DNA of 63,960 bases, the filler included, from Psammoneis japonica (lineage: Eukaryota): NCBI GenBank assembly GCA_008632985.1. It is 7 parts of 7 records of this genome, joined end to end, with 100 filler letters (N's around TTAATTAATTAA, not from the genome) between each part and the next. Parts side by side here need not be neighbours in the genome. Positions count along the whole stretch, not along the records: positions 1 to 22,640 come from QPGO01000015.1; 6 more parts are not named here. The stretch is one strand, 5' to 3'. The translations under genes and the position numbers were made by a program. The notes under the pieces were generated by a model. That model was not told the DNA's origin and ran no database searches. It was given only the letters and a program-made list of their open reading frames with translations. Positions 1 through 10,925 of the stretch are shown here, piece by piece; within the stretch, counting starts at the first letter, position 1, and each line of letters begins with the position of its first letter.

Positions 1-1533
1 CTACCCGGCACATGGGCTTTCAAACTCAAACGACTCCCGGATGGCACGCCCTTGAAGCACAAGGCACGACATTGCGTTCGCGGCGATTTGCAGAAACACG
101 GGATCGATTTTTTCGAGACCTGCGCGCCGGCAGTGCAATGGTCGTCCATGCGCCTTCTCCTCACCACGGCACTCAAGGAAGGTTGGACTGCGCGTCAAGT
201 GGACTACACTGCAGCCTTCTGCCAAGCTGACATCAAGGAGAAGGTCCACGTAGAGCCTCCAAAGGGTTTCCAACCAAAATCGGGCGCCGATCTGGCACCA
301 AAATTATTGAAAGGCCCACACGGCCTACGCCAGTCTCCCAAGTGCTTCTGTGAAAAGCTGAGGGACGGATTGCTCAAAAGAGGATGGATTCAATCCGCCA
401 TTGACCCTTGTCTTTATTTCAAAAAGGGCACGTCATGTGTGGTGCATGTTGACGATACCGTGTTCGCCGGCGCATCGGCCCAAGCCTTGGAAGCAGAGAT
501 TGCCAAGTTGGGCATTTCCAACGATGAGCAACGCCATGTCTTTGATCTACGTGATGAAGGCGAAGTCGGTAACTTTCTAGGCATCAAGATTCAAAAGCTC
601 GAAGACGGCCGATTCCTCCTGACCCAACCCGGCCTAATTGAGAAAGTTCTCCGCACCGCACAGATGACTGAGTGCAACGGCGCACCCACTCCTGCCTTGC
701 CTGCTCCTGCTGGCAGCGATGCCGACGGGCCACCGTTCGAAGAGCCTTATGACTGCCGTTCCGTGGTCGGCATGCTGATGTATCTAGCGTCCAACAGCCG
801 CCCGGACATTGCTTGCGCGACCCATCAAGTCGCGCGGTTCTCCTGCGCACCCAAGGCCTCCCACGCTGCGGCCATCAAGCGCATTCTTCGTTACCTGAAG
901 GATGCGGCCGATAAAGGACTTATCCTAACTCCAACCGCCGATCAACGACTCGACTGCCATGTTGATGCTGATTTCGCGGGACTCTTCAGTGTTGAAGATG
1001 GACAAGATCCCACGTCTGTTAAGTCACGTGCGGGACATGTCATTTGTCATGCTGGATGTCCGATTGTCTGGGTGTCCAAGTTGCAGACCCTCGTCGCACT
1101 CTCTGCCATGGAAGCCGAGTATGTCGCCCTCTCCCAAGCGATGCGTGATCTCATCCCCCTTCGCGAGATCGTGAAGGAAATCAACGCGCTCGTTTTCGGA
1201 CAGCCGGACAGACAGACCGACATTTCGACACATTCGAAGGCTTTCCGACACGCCAACGACGGAACTGAGGATTCTCCCATTGACTCTGCTAACCTCCCAG
1301 CATCCGTTGTGTACGAAGACAATGCTGCCTGCCTCCAATTCGCCCGTGTGCCAAAATTGTCCCCACGAACCAAGCACATCGGCATTCCCTGCCATTGGTT
1401 TCGTGCTAAAGTTGAGGCTTTGGAGATCAAAATTGAGCCTGTGAGCTCAGCTGCACAGCTTGCTGACCAGTTCACCAAAGGATTGACTGTTGATCTATTC
1501 CGTACTGGTCGCAAAGCCCTCATGGGCTGGTGA
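1..1533 (+). mobile_element. Ty1/copia retrotransposon pol, reverse transcriptase + RNase H (5'-truncated by window edge), carrying many TA->CA/TG missense changes
   Basis: Frame open from base 1 (LPGTWAFKLKRLPDG..KHKARHCVRGDLQ). Copia RT/RNase H motifs: GLRQSP, VHVDD (=YVDD), SRPDIA, DADFAG, LSAMEAEY, YEDN, PRTKHI, QLADQFTKGL. Confidence 0.95.
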
Positions 1534-1560
1534 CTGATAGTTCTCCTTCTCTTTTCGGTT

Positions 1561-1836
1561 GAGAGGGAGAGTCACGAGTCAACAACCGAGTCTGATTCAC
1601 GGATGACGCTCCCGGTCATGGATCTCTTCTTCCGGAAGAAATGTCCGTTGAGTCTTCTAGCGACAGTAATCGGAGTGACACACACGACCGTTAGGTCATA
1701 ATGTCATCTCCAATCCCTCGTGAGATCTTCTCACAATTCGTATCTTTAGCGTATCTTATTGTCCCAAACCTACTTCTTATCATCCTCTGTTGTATTGTAC
1801 AACCTCAAGAGAGTCCTGAACTCTCCATCCTACACA
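1561..1836 (+). repeat. Polypurine tract (gagagggagag, 1561-1571) followed by the probable 3' LTR; right end uncertain
   Basis: Purine run about 28 bp after the pol stop, at the expected PPT position. No second LTR is present in the window to fix the boundaries. Confidence 0.55.
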
Positions 1837-1858
1837 GTGTATTGTTGTATCCCAAGTA

Positions 1859-2157
1859 CGACCTCCTCTTTTGATATCACCGCTGTTCAACAAGAAGGTT
1901 GCTCTCCCCGACACCACTTGCGCTCTTAACAACAGATGCTAAGAGACTTATTTTTGGTAAGTCATATCCTTTATCGTGCGCTTTCCACGGGCTCAGGAAT
2001 CATCGGCACCAACCCATTTTTTCCTCTTCAGCTCCCATTGCGGCTCGACCCATCACACCCTACTCGAAGATGTGTATCTCAATTACCGTCAAAAGGAGCC
2101 CGTCACCACTGGCGCTTTTGATTGACCTCTCCTTCCTCTACCTGTTGCAGTGATGAC
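1859..2157 (+). repeat. Left arm of a ~300-bp inverted repeat (partner 4059-4360), containing an intron-like GTAAGT...CAG and ending at an ATG (2153)
   Basis: Direct alignment: cgacctcctcttttgat...ggagcccgtcaccactggcgc matches the reverse complement of 4103-4360, with weaker similarity continuing to the ATGs. Confidence 0.9.
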
Positions 2158-2429
2158 AGAAGAATCGCCCACGGCATCGTCTCCCAAAACGCAAGCGAGA
2201 TCCCCAGAGGAACCATTGCAAAGGTGTGCGGCTCCACCCTTGCATCTGCCGTGTGCCAGCAAAAGAAGGCCATGTTGTGGAAGTGGCAATGCAAGCAACA
2301 ACAACATGAGAGATGTGGTGTGTGGGCACCTTGTTGAGAACTCTTGTGTGCCACCGGGACCCACATGCAATTTTGAATACATTAGATTCAATTTTTGCGT
2401 CCGTTGTTGGCTATTTTGATGTTGCTTCA

Positions 2430-2895
2430 TTGATTTGGCTTGGCAAGGTGGCTATCATGTTTGTTTGTTGTATCAAGAAAAGCATGCTTGAATGTTTTGT
2501 TGCTGTGGCAAGCATTGTCATCGTCGCACAAAGTCGTTTTATGTGTGCAGTGTTGTGGTTTTTGATCAAATGCCATTGGCCGTGTTGTTTGCACCGGTAC
2601 TTTGTTGATTTGGCTTCATCCATTGGCTTTCACGGCTCGTATCATTTGTTTGTTGCATTGAGAAGAGCAACCGAGTCTTTTGTTGTTATGGCGGGTGTTG
2701 TCGTCGTTGTGTAAAGTCGTTTTATACAGTGTTGTGGTTTTTGATCGCATGCCGTTTTGGCTGTGTCGTTTACACTTCGTTGATTTGGCTTCATCCATTG
2801 AATTTCATCGCTGGTGTCATTTGTTTATTGTATATAGAAGAGCGACTGAGTGTTGCATTTCATGGCGGGCATTGTCGTCATCGTCAAAAGTCTTT
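2430..2895. repeat. Degenerate tandem repeat, ~175-bp unit, about 2.7 copies
   Basis: ttgatttggctt recurs at ~2430, ~2605 and ~2780, with downstream aaagtcgttttat and gtgttgtggtttttgatc recurring. Confidence 0.8.
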
Positions 2896-3203
2896 TGCTG
2901 AGCTTCTTTGTTGTGGTCGTGCATGTAACTATAAAGGATAACTTCCGTTTTTATCATTGCCTTTAATAGCTTTGGTCAGAGGACACATTTATCCCTCAGC
3001 TTCTGTTGTAAAATCTAAGAAGTAATCCAGGAAGCCATTGGGGAACTCTAGCTATCGTATCGTATCGAACATTAGCTGTCAAACACTCTAGCTGCCGCAT
3101 CGCATCGAATACTATCCATCGTATCAGATCAAATACTACTCCTACCAGTAGCTATCAGATACTACTATCTGTCACATCGTGCCAAATGCTAGTACTCTAG
3201 CTT

Positions 3204-3275
3204 TCGAATGCTAGCTACCCTATCGTACAGTATCGAATGCTAGCTACCCTGTCGTACAGTATCGAATGCTGGCTA
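3204..3275. repeat. 29-bp tandem repeat (tcgaatgctagctaccctatcgtacagta, x2.5) inside a TA-rich low-complexity tract (~3040-3320)
   Basis: Units start at 3204, 3233 and 3262. Confidence 0.85.
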
Positions 3276-3318
3276 TTGGCTATCACATCAAATGCCACCG
3301 GTAGCTATCGAACACTAC

Positions 3319-4063
3319 CTACCCAGTATTGTAGTCACAACCACGAAAAGCAGGAATGGCATACTTGAAATCCTTCCAACGGCCACCTCCAGCACTCTCA
3401 CGAGCATCGATATCAGCCGCCACCCATACAGCAGTCACCATTGTGGGGGTTTAAGTTGGTGATCCATTTCTCACCGTTGTGCCCATGCACGTCACCATCC
3501 TCAGATTCTGTGTGTGTGACAATCCCCGAATTTTGCATCTCCACGCACTGCGCTTCAGCTTCAATGGCAGCTTGAATATACGGGATTCTTTCTCGGTCGA
3601 ATGCTTTCTTGATCAGGAGCATGATGTCACCTCTTGGACAAACAATGCTTTTCCACCTGTTCAGCACCTCGAGTCTATCTTGTTCTGGCCGGTTCCACTG
3701 AAGAAGAAACAATGTCCTATCTTCAACAGGTCTTTTTCTGGCTCTACGCTTTGCATCAGTTCGCCATTTGAGCGGGTTGTGAGCGCCGTCAAAAACGTGC
3801 ACGGCTTCAATGCCGTTTTGTTTGTAAAGTCTGTTGTGACGCTGCACCAAAAGTTTTGCTGCTTGACCAACAGGTGTCTTCTTTGGTGAGGCATGCACTT
3901 GCCTTGCCGCTGTTGGGTCGAGGAGGATCTTGTAAAGAGGAATGGACACGTCAATTGCAACCGTTTCTCCTCTAAGTTGCGACAAATTGTTCTTGGGTTT
4001 GTCGTCAATCATGTCAAACTCGGGCCGGTGCACAATATCAAGATATAGGTTGTCGATGGTCAT
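3319..4063 (-). pseudogene. XPG/Exo1-family (PIN-like) 5' nuclease, frameshifted near 3415 and truncated just after the H3TH GCDY motif
   Basis: MTIDNL..LRGETVAIDVS, VHVFDG, PYIQAAIEAEAQC and SEDGD match Exo1/FEN1 motifs. A shifted frame gives ..FRGCDYNTG*. 5' UTR intron at 4188-4262. Confidence 0.75.
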
Positions 4064-4360
4064 GGTCACTACAGCAGGTATAGCAAGCCCAGAACTGATA
4101 GAGGCGCCAGTGGTGACGGGCTCCTGTTGACGGTAATGGAGATACACGTCTTCGGGTAGGTTGGGATGGGTCGAGCCGTAATAAGAGCTGAAGAGAAAAA
4201 AATGGGTTAGTGCCGATACTTCCTGAGCCCGTGGAAAGCGCACGATAAAGGGTGTGACTTACCCGATAAAAATCTCTTAGTTTCTATTGTTAAGAGCGCA
4301 AGTGGTGTCGGCGAGAGCAAGCTTCTTGTTGAACAGTGGTAACATCAAAAGAGGATGTCG
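4059..4360 (-). repeat. Right arm of the inverted repeat; forms the 5' UTR and intron of the Exo1-like gene
   Basis: Reverse-complement match to 1859-2157. GTAAGT donor, CTAAC branch point and CAG acceptor lie on the minus strand. Confidence 0.9.
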
Positions 4361-5268
4361 CTAGCGGCCGTGGTTATGTCGTGGTAAAAAAATTCTGGCT
4401 GTGGAGGTGTCACAGCAATTCAGCCGCGCAGCGCGAAACAGGTTGCGTCTATGACAAACTAACTCGACCGGATACGACCTAGCTACCAGGTACGACTCTT
4501 CTCTTCCATCTTTGAGGAAACAAAATCGCTCTCTACTGCTCTAGCTAAGTCGTACTTAGGAATAGAGCTCCTAAATGCGTCCGCTTTTGATGGGAAGAAG
4601 ACATGCATTGCAACGAAACTTAGGAGCAACGGCAACTGTATGTACAAACCTTGGACTCGGAGTGTCGCAAATAAACGATGAACTAGCATTGCAATTCCCG
4701 AGACTAGTTAAGCCACTTGACAGCACTACCACAAGCTTGACACATTGACGGTATTGGATCAAACATGATGAGAAGAATAGCATTCCTGACTTGCAAGAGG
4801 AAGGTGCTACGCCACCATCATTTCTAATGCTGAACAGGCCCTCGTGATCGACAGTTCAGGTCAGAACATGTAGTGAGAGAAGCTAAGAACGTCCAAAGCA
4901 AGCCGCAAGCCTTACAATGATGCCAAAGGCGTTATACATAGCAACGCAGGAACGAGACAACGCAACACTCAAGGCTCGTGGGATCGATGATGCATGATGC
5001 AGAATTGGAGCAGCGCAAAGACGACCCAGAACTCCGCATCGACTTCACTAGCGCCAACCACGCCTCAACATGCATCCCAGCTTTAGAATCACATTTTCTG
5101 TCTTCTGAACCATGGAATACTCTTCTATCAGAAGGATAGCTGCTCGCGTCTGCAAACTGTTCAAGCAACCGAGAACACTTCTGCGGATGGACACCCGCCA
5201 AACTAATCCGCTGAACTGAAATGAATTGATCCTGACATTATCGACTTTCCAAAGGCCTGGTTTCAGAT

Positions 5269-5649
5269 TTAGAATGAGTGATTCGATTCCTGATTCATTT
5301 GAACACAGTCACCACCATCGCGTTTCTCGAGAAAGGCCTGCCATTCCAGCTGCCGATCTTGGGCGTCTTCCAATGCGAGGGTCTTCTCGATGGAACTGAG
5401 CTTGTACCAGCTTGATATTTCATAGGAATCTCGAAAGCATCCAATGCAAACTTGACCATCCATAAAATCGTTGTTGTACCGGCAAATGCGGTTGCACGGG
5501 GTAGATGGGCTATCTTGCGGTTGTGATGTCGCCGAGAAAGCGCGACACTGCTGCACGAAGAACAAACACACCAAAATTATCAAACGAACGTTCGTTCTCG
5601 CAAGTTTAGTCTGTTCGTGTGAGGATACTGTCTCAAGATGGATGTACAT
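5269..5649 (-). CDS. DUF1289-family small Cys-rich protein, probably plastid-targeted
   Basis: PSTPCNRICRY..CIGCFRDSYEISSW motif, preceded by a hydrophobic signal ending in CRA-F. Confidence 0.75.
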   Translation of the reverse strand: MYIHLETVSSHEQTKLARTNVRLIILVCLFFVQQCRAFSATSQPQDSPSTPCNRICRYNNDFMDGQVCIGCFRDSYEISSWYKLSSIEKTLALEDAQDRQLEWQAFLEKRDGGDCVQMNQESNHSF

Positions 5650-6214
5650 TGCGTTGCTCTTTGTCTATTGCTGTTGCTGCTGTTGCTGTATTCTTTGCTG
5701 CAGCAGGCGCCGCAGAGTCGGAGGCAACATCCTCCTGACCGAAGTCGGTTTTCGCGCGCATTTTCTTCTTCTGTCTCCACGTGGAGAGGAGGCTTTTCCT
5801 ACAGCTTCGCGCGTCGCGTCATTTATGCATTTCGACTCTCTACGGTATCTACGTACTTAGCTAGCAGAGAGTAGAGAGGGCGGGGCCTAACTCTTAACTG
5901 TAGGCCCTAGTCTACCCTCTATTGTAGATAGATAGAGTATCTCTAGTAGAGAGAATGCTTGTCGCAAAGCAGTCTTACCACGATAGCCGTTGGAGCAAGC
6001 GTTGGAGAGCGTGTTTCCCAAACGATATCGGCACGCACTACTGTTTCCAAGGTCTTGAGGAAAGTGCCTTGATAGCGATTGAGAATGGTTTAAAATTAAC
6101 AATGGTAACAAGCCCATAAACGTGCCAAGTGAAGCAATTCAGATCCTACTACTAACTACTTCTAATGCAACGTAGAATGTTGCGAATCGCAAAAAGGGAC
6201 AGAAAGAGAGTGCC

Positions 6215-7260
6215 TTATCCTTTCATGATCTTTGGCTCGTCGTCATCGTCATCCTGCTTTTTCTCCTCTTTACGAGGAGTTTCACGGCTTCCCCATCCAC
6301 CTTGATTATCTTTGTTCTGATATTTCTGTTCGTCGTCACCCTCAAATGCACCAAGGTCAGCTTCCTTGGCCTTCGCCGCTCTCTTTGCGCGAGTTGGCAA
6401 CAGCACACTGTCAATGAGTCCGTACCGCACAGCTTCATCAGAAGATAGGTAAAAGTCTCGTTTGAGATCCTCTTGAATTTGCTCAAGGGGTTGTCCGGTC
6501 AAAGTTGACAGCTCTGCCTCCATGCGATCGTTCCAAGTCTTGACATTCTTCACCTCGAGGCCAATGTCGGAAGCTTGGCCTTGAAATGGTTGGTCGAGGC
6601 CGGTTCGCTGCAACAAGAAACGAGCATTGGGCATGGCAGCTCGATGACCCTTGGTACCAGCACTGCATAAGAGAGCACCCATACCAGTGCACAAACCGAG
6701 GTTTACCGTGTTGATCTCACATTGCTCACGAGTCTGCAAGAGGAGATCGTACACTGCCAAGCCAGGACGAAGAATGGCCCCAGGAACATTGAAATACAAA
6801 TCAATTGGTGCCTTTGGATCCTCCTGTCGAAGATAGAGAATGATGGAAATAAGATTATTGGCTACTTCTTCATCAATGAATTTTCCGACCATCACGATTC
6901 TCTCGCGATACATTGCTGAGTCGAGTTCGATGAATTGGGCGTACTGCGATCCCGGTGGCTGTGTCATCATTTCGAGCAACCAAAAGAAGGGTTAACTTTG
7001 ATGGACATTGTACAGAGGAAAGTATATGTCATTCTGATCTGTTGCTTTTTGCTCACCTTGTATGGAACCATGGGAGTGTTTGTTGGCATGCGAATCGGTT
7101 CGCGGCGAGTCATGCTTAAACGCGCCTCAAGTGCCGAAGTTTGCGCTGAAGTCGCATCGACTATGCTATTTGAGCTACTCTTAAAGGCTCGGTTAATCGA
7201 ATAGGCATTTGCGTCCAAGAGCGCCGACGCAGCTACAACCAAGCCCAATACTTTCATCAT
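6215..7260 (-). CDS. clpR: Plastid Clp protease non-catalytic subunit (ClpR-like); intron 6959-7056
   Basis: ClpP fold motifs (MYRERIV, NLGLCTGMGALL, RDFYLSSDEAVRYGLID). Catalytic Ser and His positions are replaced (TGMG, LLQR). N-terminal signal peptide; spliced PMVPYK|PPGSQ. Confidence 0.88.
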
Positions 7261-7326
7261 CGTCGTGCTCCAGTTGGCAAAAAGTGACGGGATTTCTTCC
7301 AGATTGTGCGTGTTCGCGCTGATTCA

Positions 7327-7334
7327 TGACGTCA
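7327..7334. promoter_or_regulatory. TGACGTCA bZIP/aureochrome-type palindrome in the divergent clpR / sugar-transporter promoter (also at 15208 and 29938)
   Basis: Exact palindrome about 70 bp upstream of the clpR start. Function is inferred only. Confidence 0.3.
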
Positions 7335-7580
7335 TCATTTGGCGCATTTTTTCGATTTTATGCATGGATCCGAGTGGTTTCAGAAAAAGAAAAAAGATTG
7401 GATTTCCAATTTTGGATTTATTTTAGGATTCATTCGCACCGCATTCCAATTCGCTTTCATCTTTCATCTTTCATCATTCCTCTTGTGTTGTTGCGGCATC
7501 GATACCAACTACCAAGACCTAAAACTGATTCAGGGTGAGACGCCTCCTTCTAGTTTCGCTCTGATAAACCCTTGATCACT

Positions 7581-9714
7581 ATGACAAACTCTGAGGACAA
7601 GCCTCTCTTATCCAGAGATGACAAAAAGGTGAGTAGCAATAAAAGATACTCCGCTGTTTTGTTACGAATTGTTGTGTTTACTTTCAACCTATTTATCAAT
7701 GTCAAATGCTATCCTACATAAAGGATCCATTCGCCAACATGGGTTCCATGAGGGAGACCAAAGCAATGCGCAGTGTGTCTCTGGCTGCCATGGGCGGATC
7801 CGCGAGTTTGGGTACGATCGAGTTCACCGATGTTCCCAAGGTTAAGGGCCTACCCAAGTCGTATAGTATCTCGGGTGTCGGCGGACCGGGCATGACCCCA
7901 ACGGAAGCCGGGCGACAGTTCCTTTACGAAGAGCTGCCATTTCAAGCCGTGATGGGTTTGCAAAAAAGAGAGCACAACATATCTCAGGCATTTGCAAACT
8001 TTGCAGCAGATCTCGACGTCTCCGCTGTGAAAGGATTGTCGGAGGACGAAATGAGCTTGCGCCGCTCTCACGCCAGTATGATTATTTTGGATGAATTAGA
8101 GTTTGAGGCTGCAGTTATTACGACCCCGCTCGTATTTGCAGTTGTTTGTGCATCGCTCTGTCAGTTCTTGGTAGGCTACAACACGGGAGTAATGAATGCT
8201 CCCGAAGCTGTAGTCTTTCCTGGACACAGTACGGCAATCTGGAGTGTGGCAGTTGCCGCTTTTGCCATTGGCGGTCCTCTTGGTGCAATCGCGGGAGGTA
8301 GACTAGCCGACTCAAGAGGAAGACGTGGGGCGCTTCTTATCGACACATGGACCTTTCTCTTCGGAGGTTTGATGCAGTCCCTTGCACCTAATATGTATGT
8401 CATCATTCTGGCACGTTTCGTCATTGGATTCGCCAGTGGTTTCTCCTCTGTCTTGGTCCCTATCTATCTCGGAGAGCTGGCTCCTCCGACGATGCGTGGA
8501 ATGCTTGGTACTCTGACGCAGTTTGCTTTGGTCACCGGTATCCTTGTTGCAGATCTCTGCGCCTTTCCTTTGGCAACGGAAGCCTTATGGCGTCTCTTGT
8601 TTGGAGTTACCGCCCTTGTTGCCGTGTTCCAGCTATTGCTCTCGGCGTTCTTGTTGGAGAGTCCTCGTGGCTGTTGGGACGTGATCCAAATTCACTCCGT
8701 GCGCGTTACATTATAAAGCAGCTTCGTGGACTACGGTATGACCACGAGATCGAAACGGAAGTGGGGCACTTTTTGGTTGGTTCCGCTTCGCAAAAGCAGG
8801 AGCAGAACTCTCAAGGTGCTGTACTGGCTGAAATCTGGCGCAGACCCAAGCTCCGTAGCATGTTTATGTCTTGCCTCTTTTTACAAATGGCTCAACAGTT
8901 CTGCGGTATCAATGCAGTATTCTATTACTCCACTTCCTTTTTCCAAGGTGTCATCGACAACCCCCTTGTTGGTACAACCATTGTCGGTGCGGTCAACGTG
9001 CTTGCCACATATGTTGCATTGTTGGTCATGGACTCATGCGGCCGAAAGACGCTTCTTCTATGGTCGTCGGGTGGTATGTTTCTCAGCTGTATCCTGATTG
9101 TTCTCGCTCTTCTTGGCTACTTCAGCAACATCATGGCGTTGATTGCAGTCAATGCTTATGTAAGTTTCTTTGAGATTGGCTTGGGCCCAATCCCTTGGCT
9201 AATTGTGGCGGAGATGTTCGCGGCGAAGCACGTGGCTGTAGCTATGAGCATGTGCAGTCAACTCAACTGGGCCTGCAACTTTGTCGTTGGCCTTACCTTT
9301 CCTACGATTAACAATGCTCTCGGTCCGTACTCCTTCGGCCCATTCGCTACGGTTCTTCTTGTGACATTCTTCTTTACGCTGCTGGTTTTGCCAGAAACGC
9401 AAGGAACTACGCCAGAGGAGTTACAGCAAGATATTGTCCGTCGAAAGTCACAGAGTGTTGTCTACCATTCCAACGACGAGCAGAACCCAAGTGGTCTAGA
9501 TGATGAGTGGAAGCGGGCGATGGAGCAGTTAATGGCCGAAGAAGAAATGGAAAGGGAAGCAGGAACGTACAGTGAGTTGATGCGAATGGCATATGGTCAG
9601 GTGTGTGATACGTGATGTACAATGGGGCACGGCTGATTACAATTTTGTTCTTTTGTGTGTTTGTTTATTTCGCCAGACTACGGCTTCGAACCAATCAAAC
9701 CAGAGGATGCATGA
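7581..9714 (+). CDS. MFS sugar porter (GLUT-like); introns 7629-7723 and 9572-9676; apparent 1-bp deletion near 8666
   Basis: [38 protein letters not shown] and PETQG sugar-porter signatures. Confidence 0.93.
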
Positions 9715-9930
9715 GAGCATTGAAACTGGTTCGGAGACGAATTGACACGGAAGAGTTTGAGAAAGAGGGATACTACCGGTACGCGCATCTGTGTATTCTC
9801 TAGCATAGTATTTTCCTTGCCAGGTAATAATGTACTCGCTACCGTATCTATTGGTATCGATATCCAGAGCACGTAGTTTAGCATGGTCCACCGGTCCACC
9901 AGAAAGCGAACCGCGATGAAATCCTGGTTT

Positions 9931-10636
9931 TCACTTGTCATTCCACTGCCTCTTGTTTGCAGTAAGTGAAGCTGTCATTACAACGTGACCAGCACTTTTT
10001 CGAGCTAGGTCAAAGCTCGATCGAAGTACATCAAATACTTCATCTCCATTGCCATCCAGCATGGAACAAAAATGTGTTTTCTCTTCCTTCCAAGCGGACG
10101 ACCTCTTTGCGCTCTCAATCACATCGTAGATTGTTTCCAAATGGTTCTCTGTTCCAAGAGGATAGATCGCAAATTGGCATGCAATCCTCGATGGCAATTT
10201 CCTTCGTGCTTCCGCTACAAATTCATCTCCGGGAGCTGAAACCGCAGTGCGAGGAGGGAGAGGAGATGAATCCGGCTCACCAGGACACCCCGCAGAGAAA
10301 GTACATTGCATTGAAACTTGTCGAGGTTTTCCCCGTTGCCGATTCCGAAGCTCTTCCAAAAGCAACCCTCATAGCCTCAAATAGGGCAGGCTCAGGTCCC
10401 AACAAGCACGTTGAAACATCATCTGGCGCTACCTCGAGACCCAAGGTGTCCAAGTCCTTCACGGCAGAAGAGATCGTCTGCCGAAGAGATCGTTTCTCGT
10501 CCTGTTCGTCGCTGTCGTGCAACACATTAGGGTAAAGCGAGAACCTGACACCCGTGAATCCTTTTCGTTGCTGAGGAGGAGACAGAGAAAGCGTTACAGT
10601 GATGCATACTGAAAGACTTAAGAAAAAAAACGCCAT
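9931..10636 (-). CDS. YkoF-like thiamine/HMP-binding protein with N-terminal signal; frameshift near 10335
   Basis: Two repeats, GVRFSLYP..DDVSTCLLG..SAGCPGE and ACQFAIYPLG..HFCSMLDG..GHVVMTASL, typical of YkoF. Confidence 0.72.
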
Positions 10637-10925
10637 GGTGTAACGGCATGGTTGCGTGATGTGCGATGTCGAAGGCATTACATTATACTCTGTAATATTC
10701 AAGGATGAATACTTTTAAAAATGTTGCTCCGCGTACGACCGGCGTCCGCCATACCGATAACCTTTTTTTCGTTTCAAGGTTTTTTGGTTTGAGGTCTCTA
10801 CTCTATGTATGGAGAGTCCTCATAGGAAACTATGGAAGATGATCCGAAGATCACAAAACAAGTTGTTTTCGTTTTGGTCACTAGGCTCTCATCTTTCAAT
10901 GTTGGCATCCCTCCTTAGAACAATT

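Noticed and set aside
1..1533. Alternative genetic code (His/Cys codons read as Tyr)
   Set aside because: Host genes in the same contig use normal Tyr codons, and the changes also affect non-Tyr and cross-codon TA sites.
4483..5201. Short minus-strand ORFs between the inverted repeat and the DUF1289 gene
   Set aside because: No recognisable motif or consistent exon chain; cannot support a call.
9715..9930. Possible TPP riboswitch downstream of the YkoF-like gene
   Set aside because: No CTGAGA / AACCTGA core seen on the minus strand.
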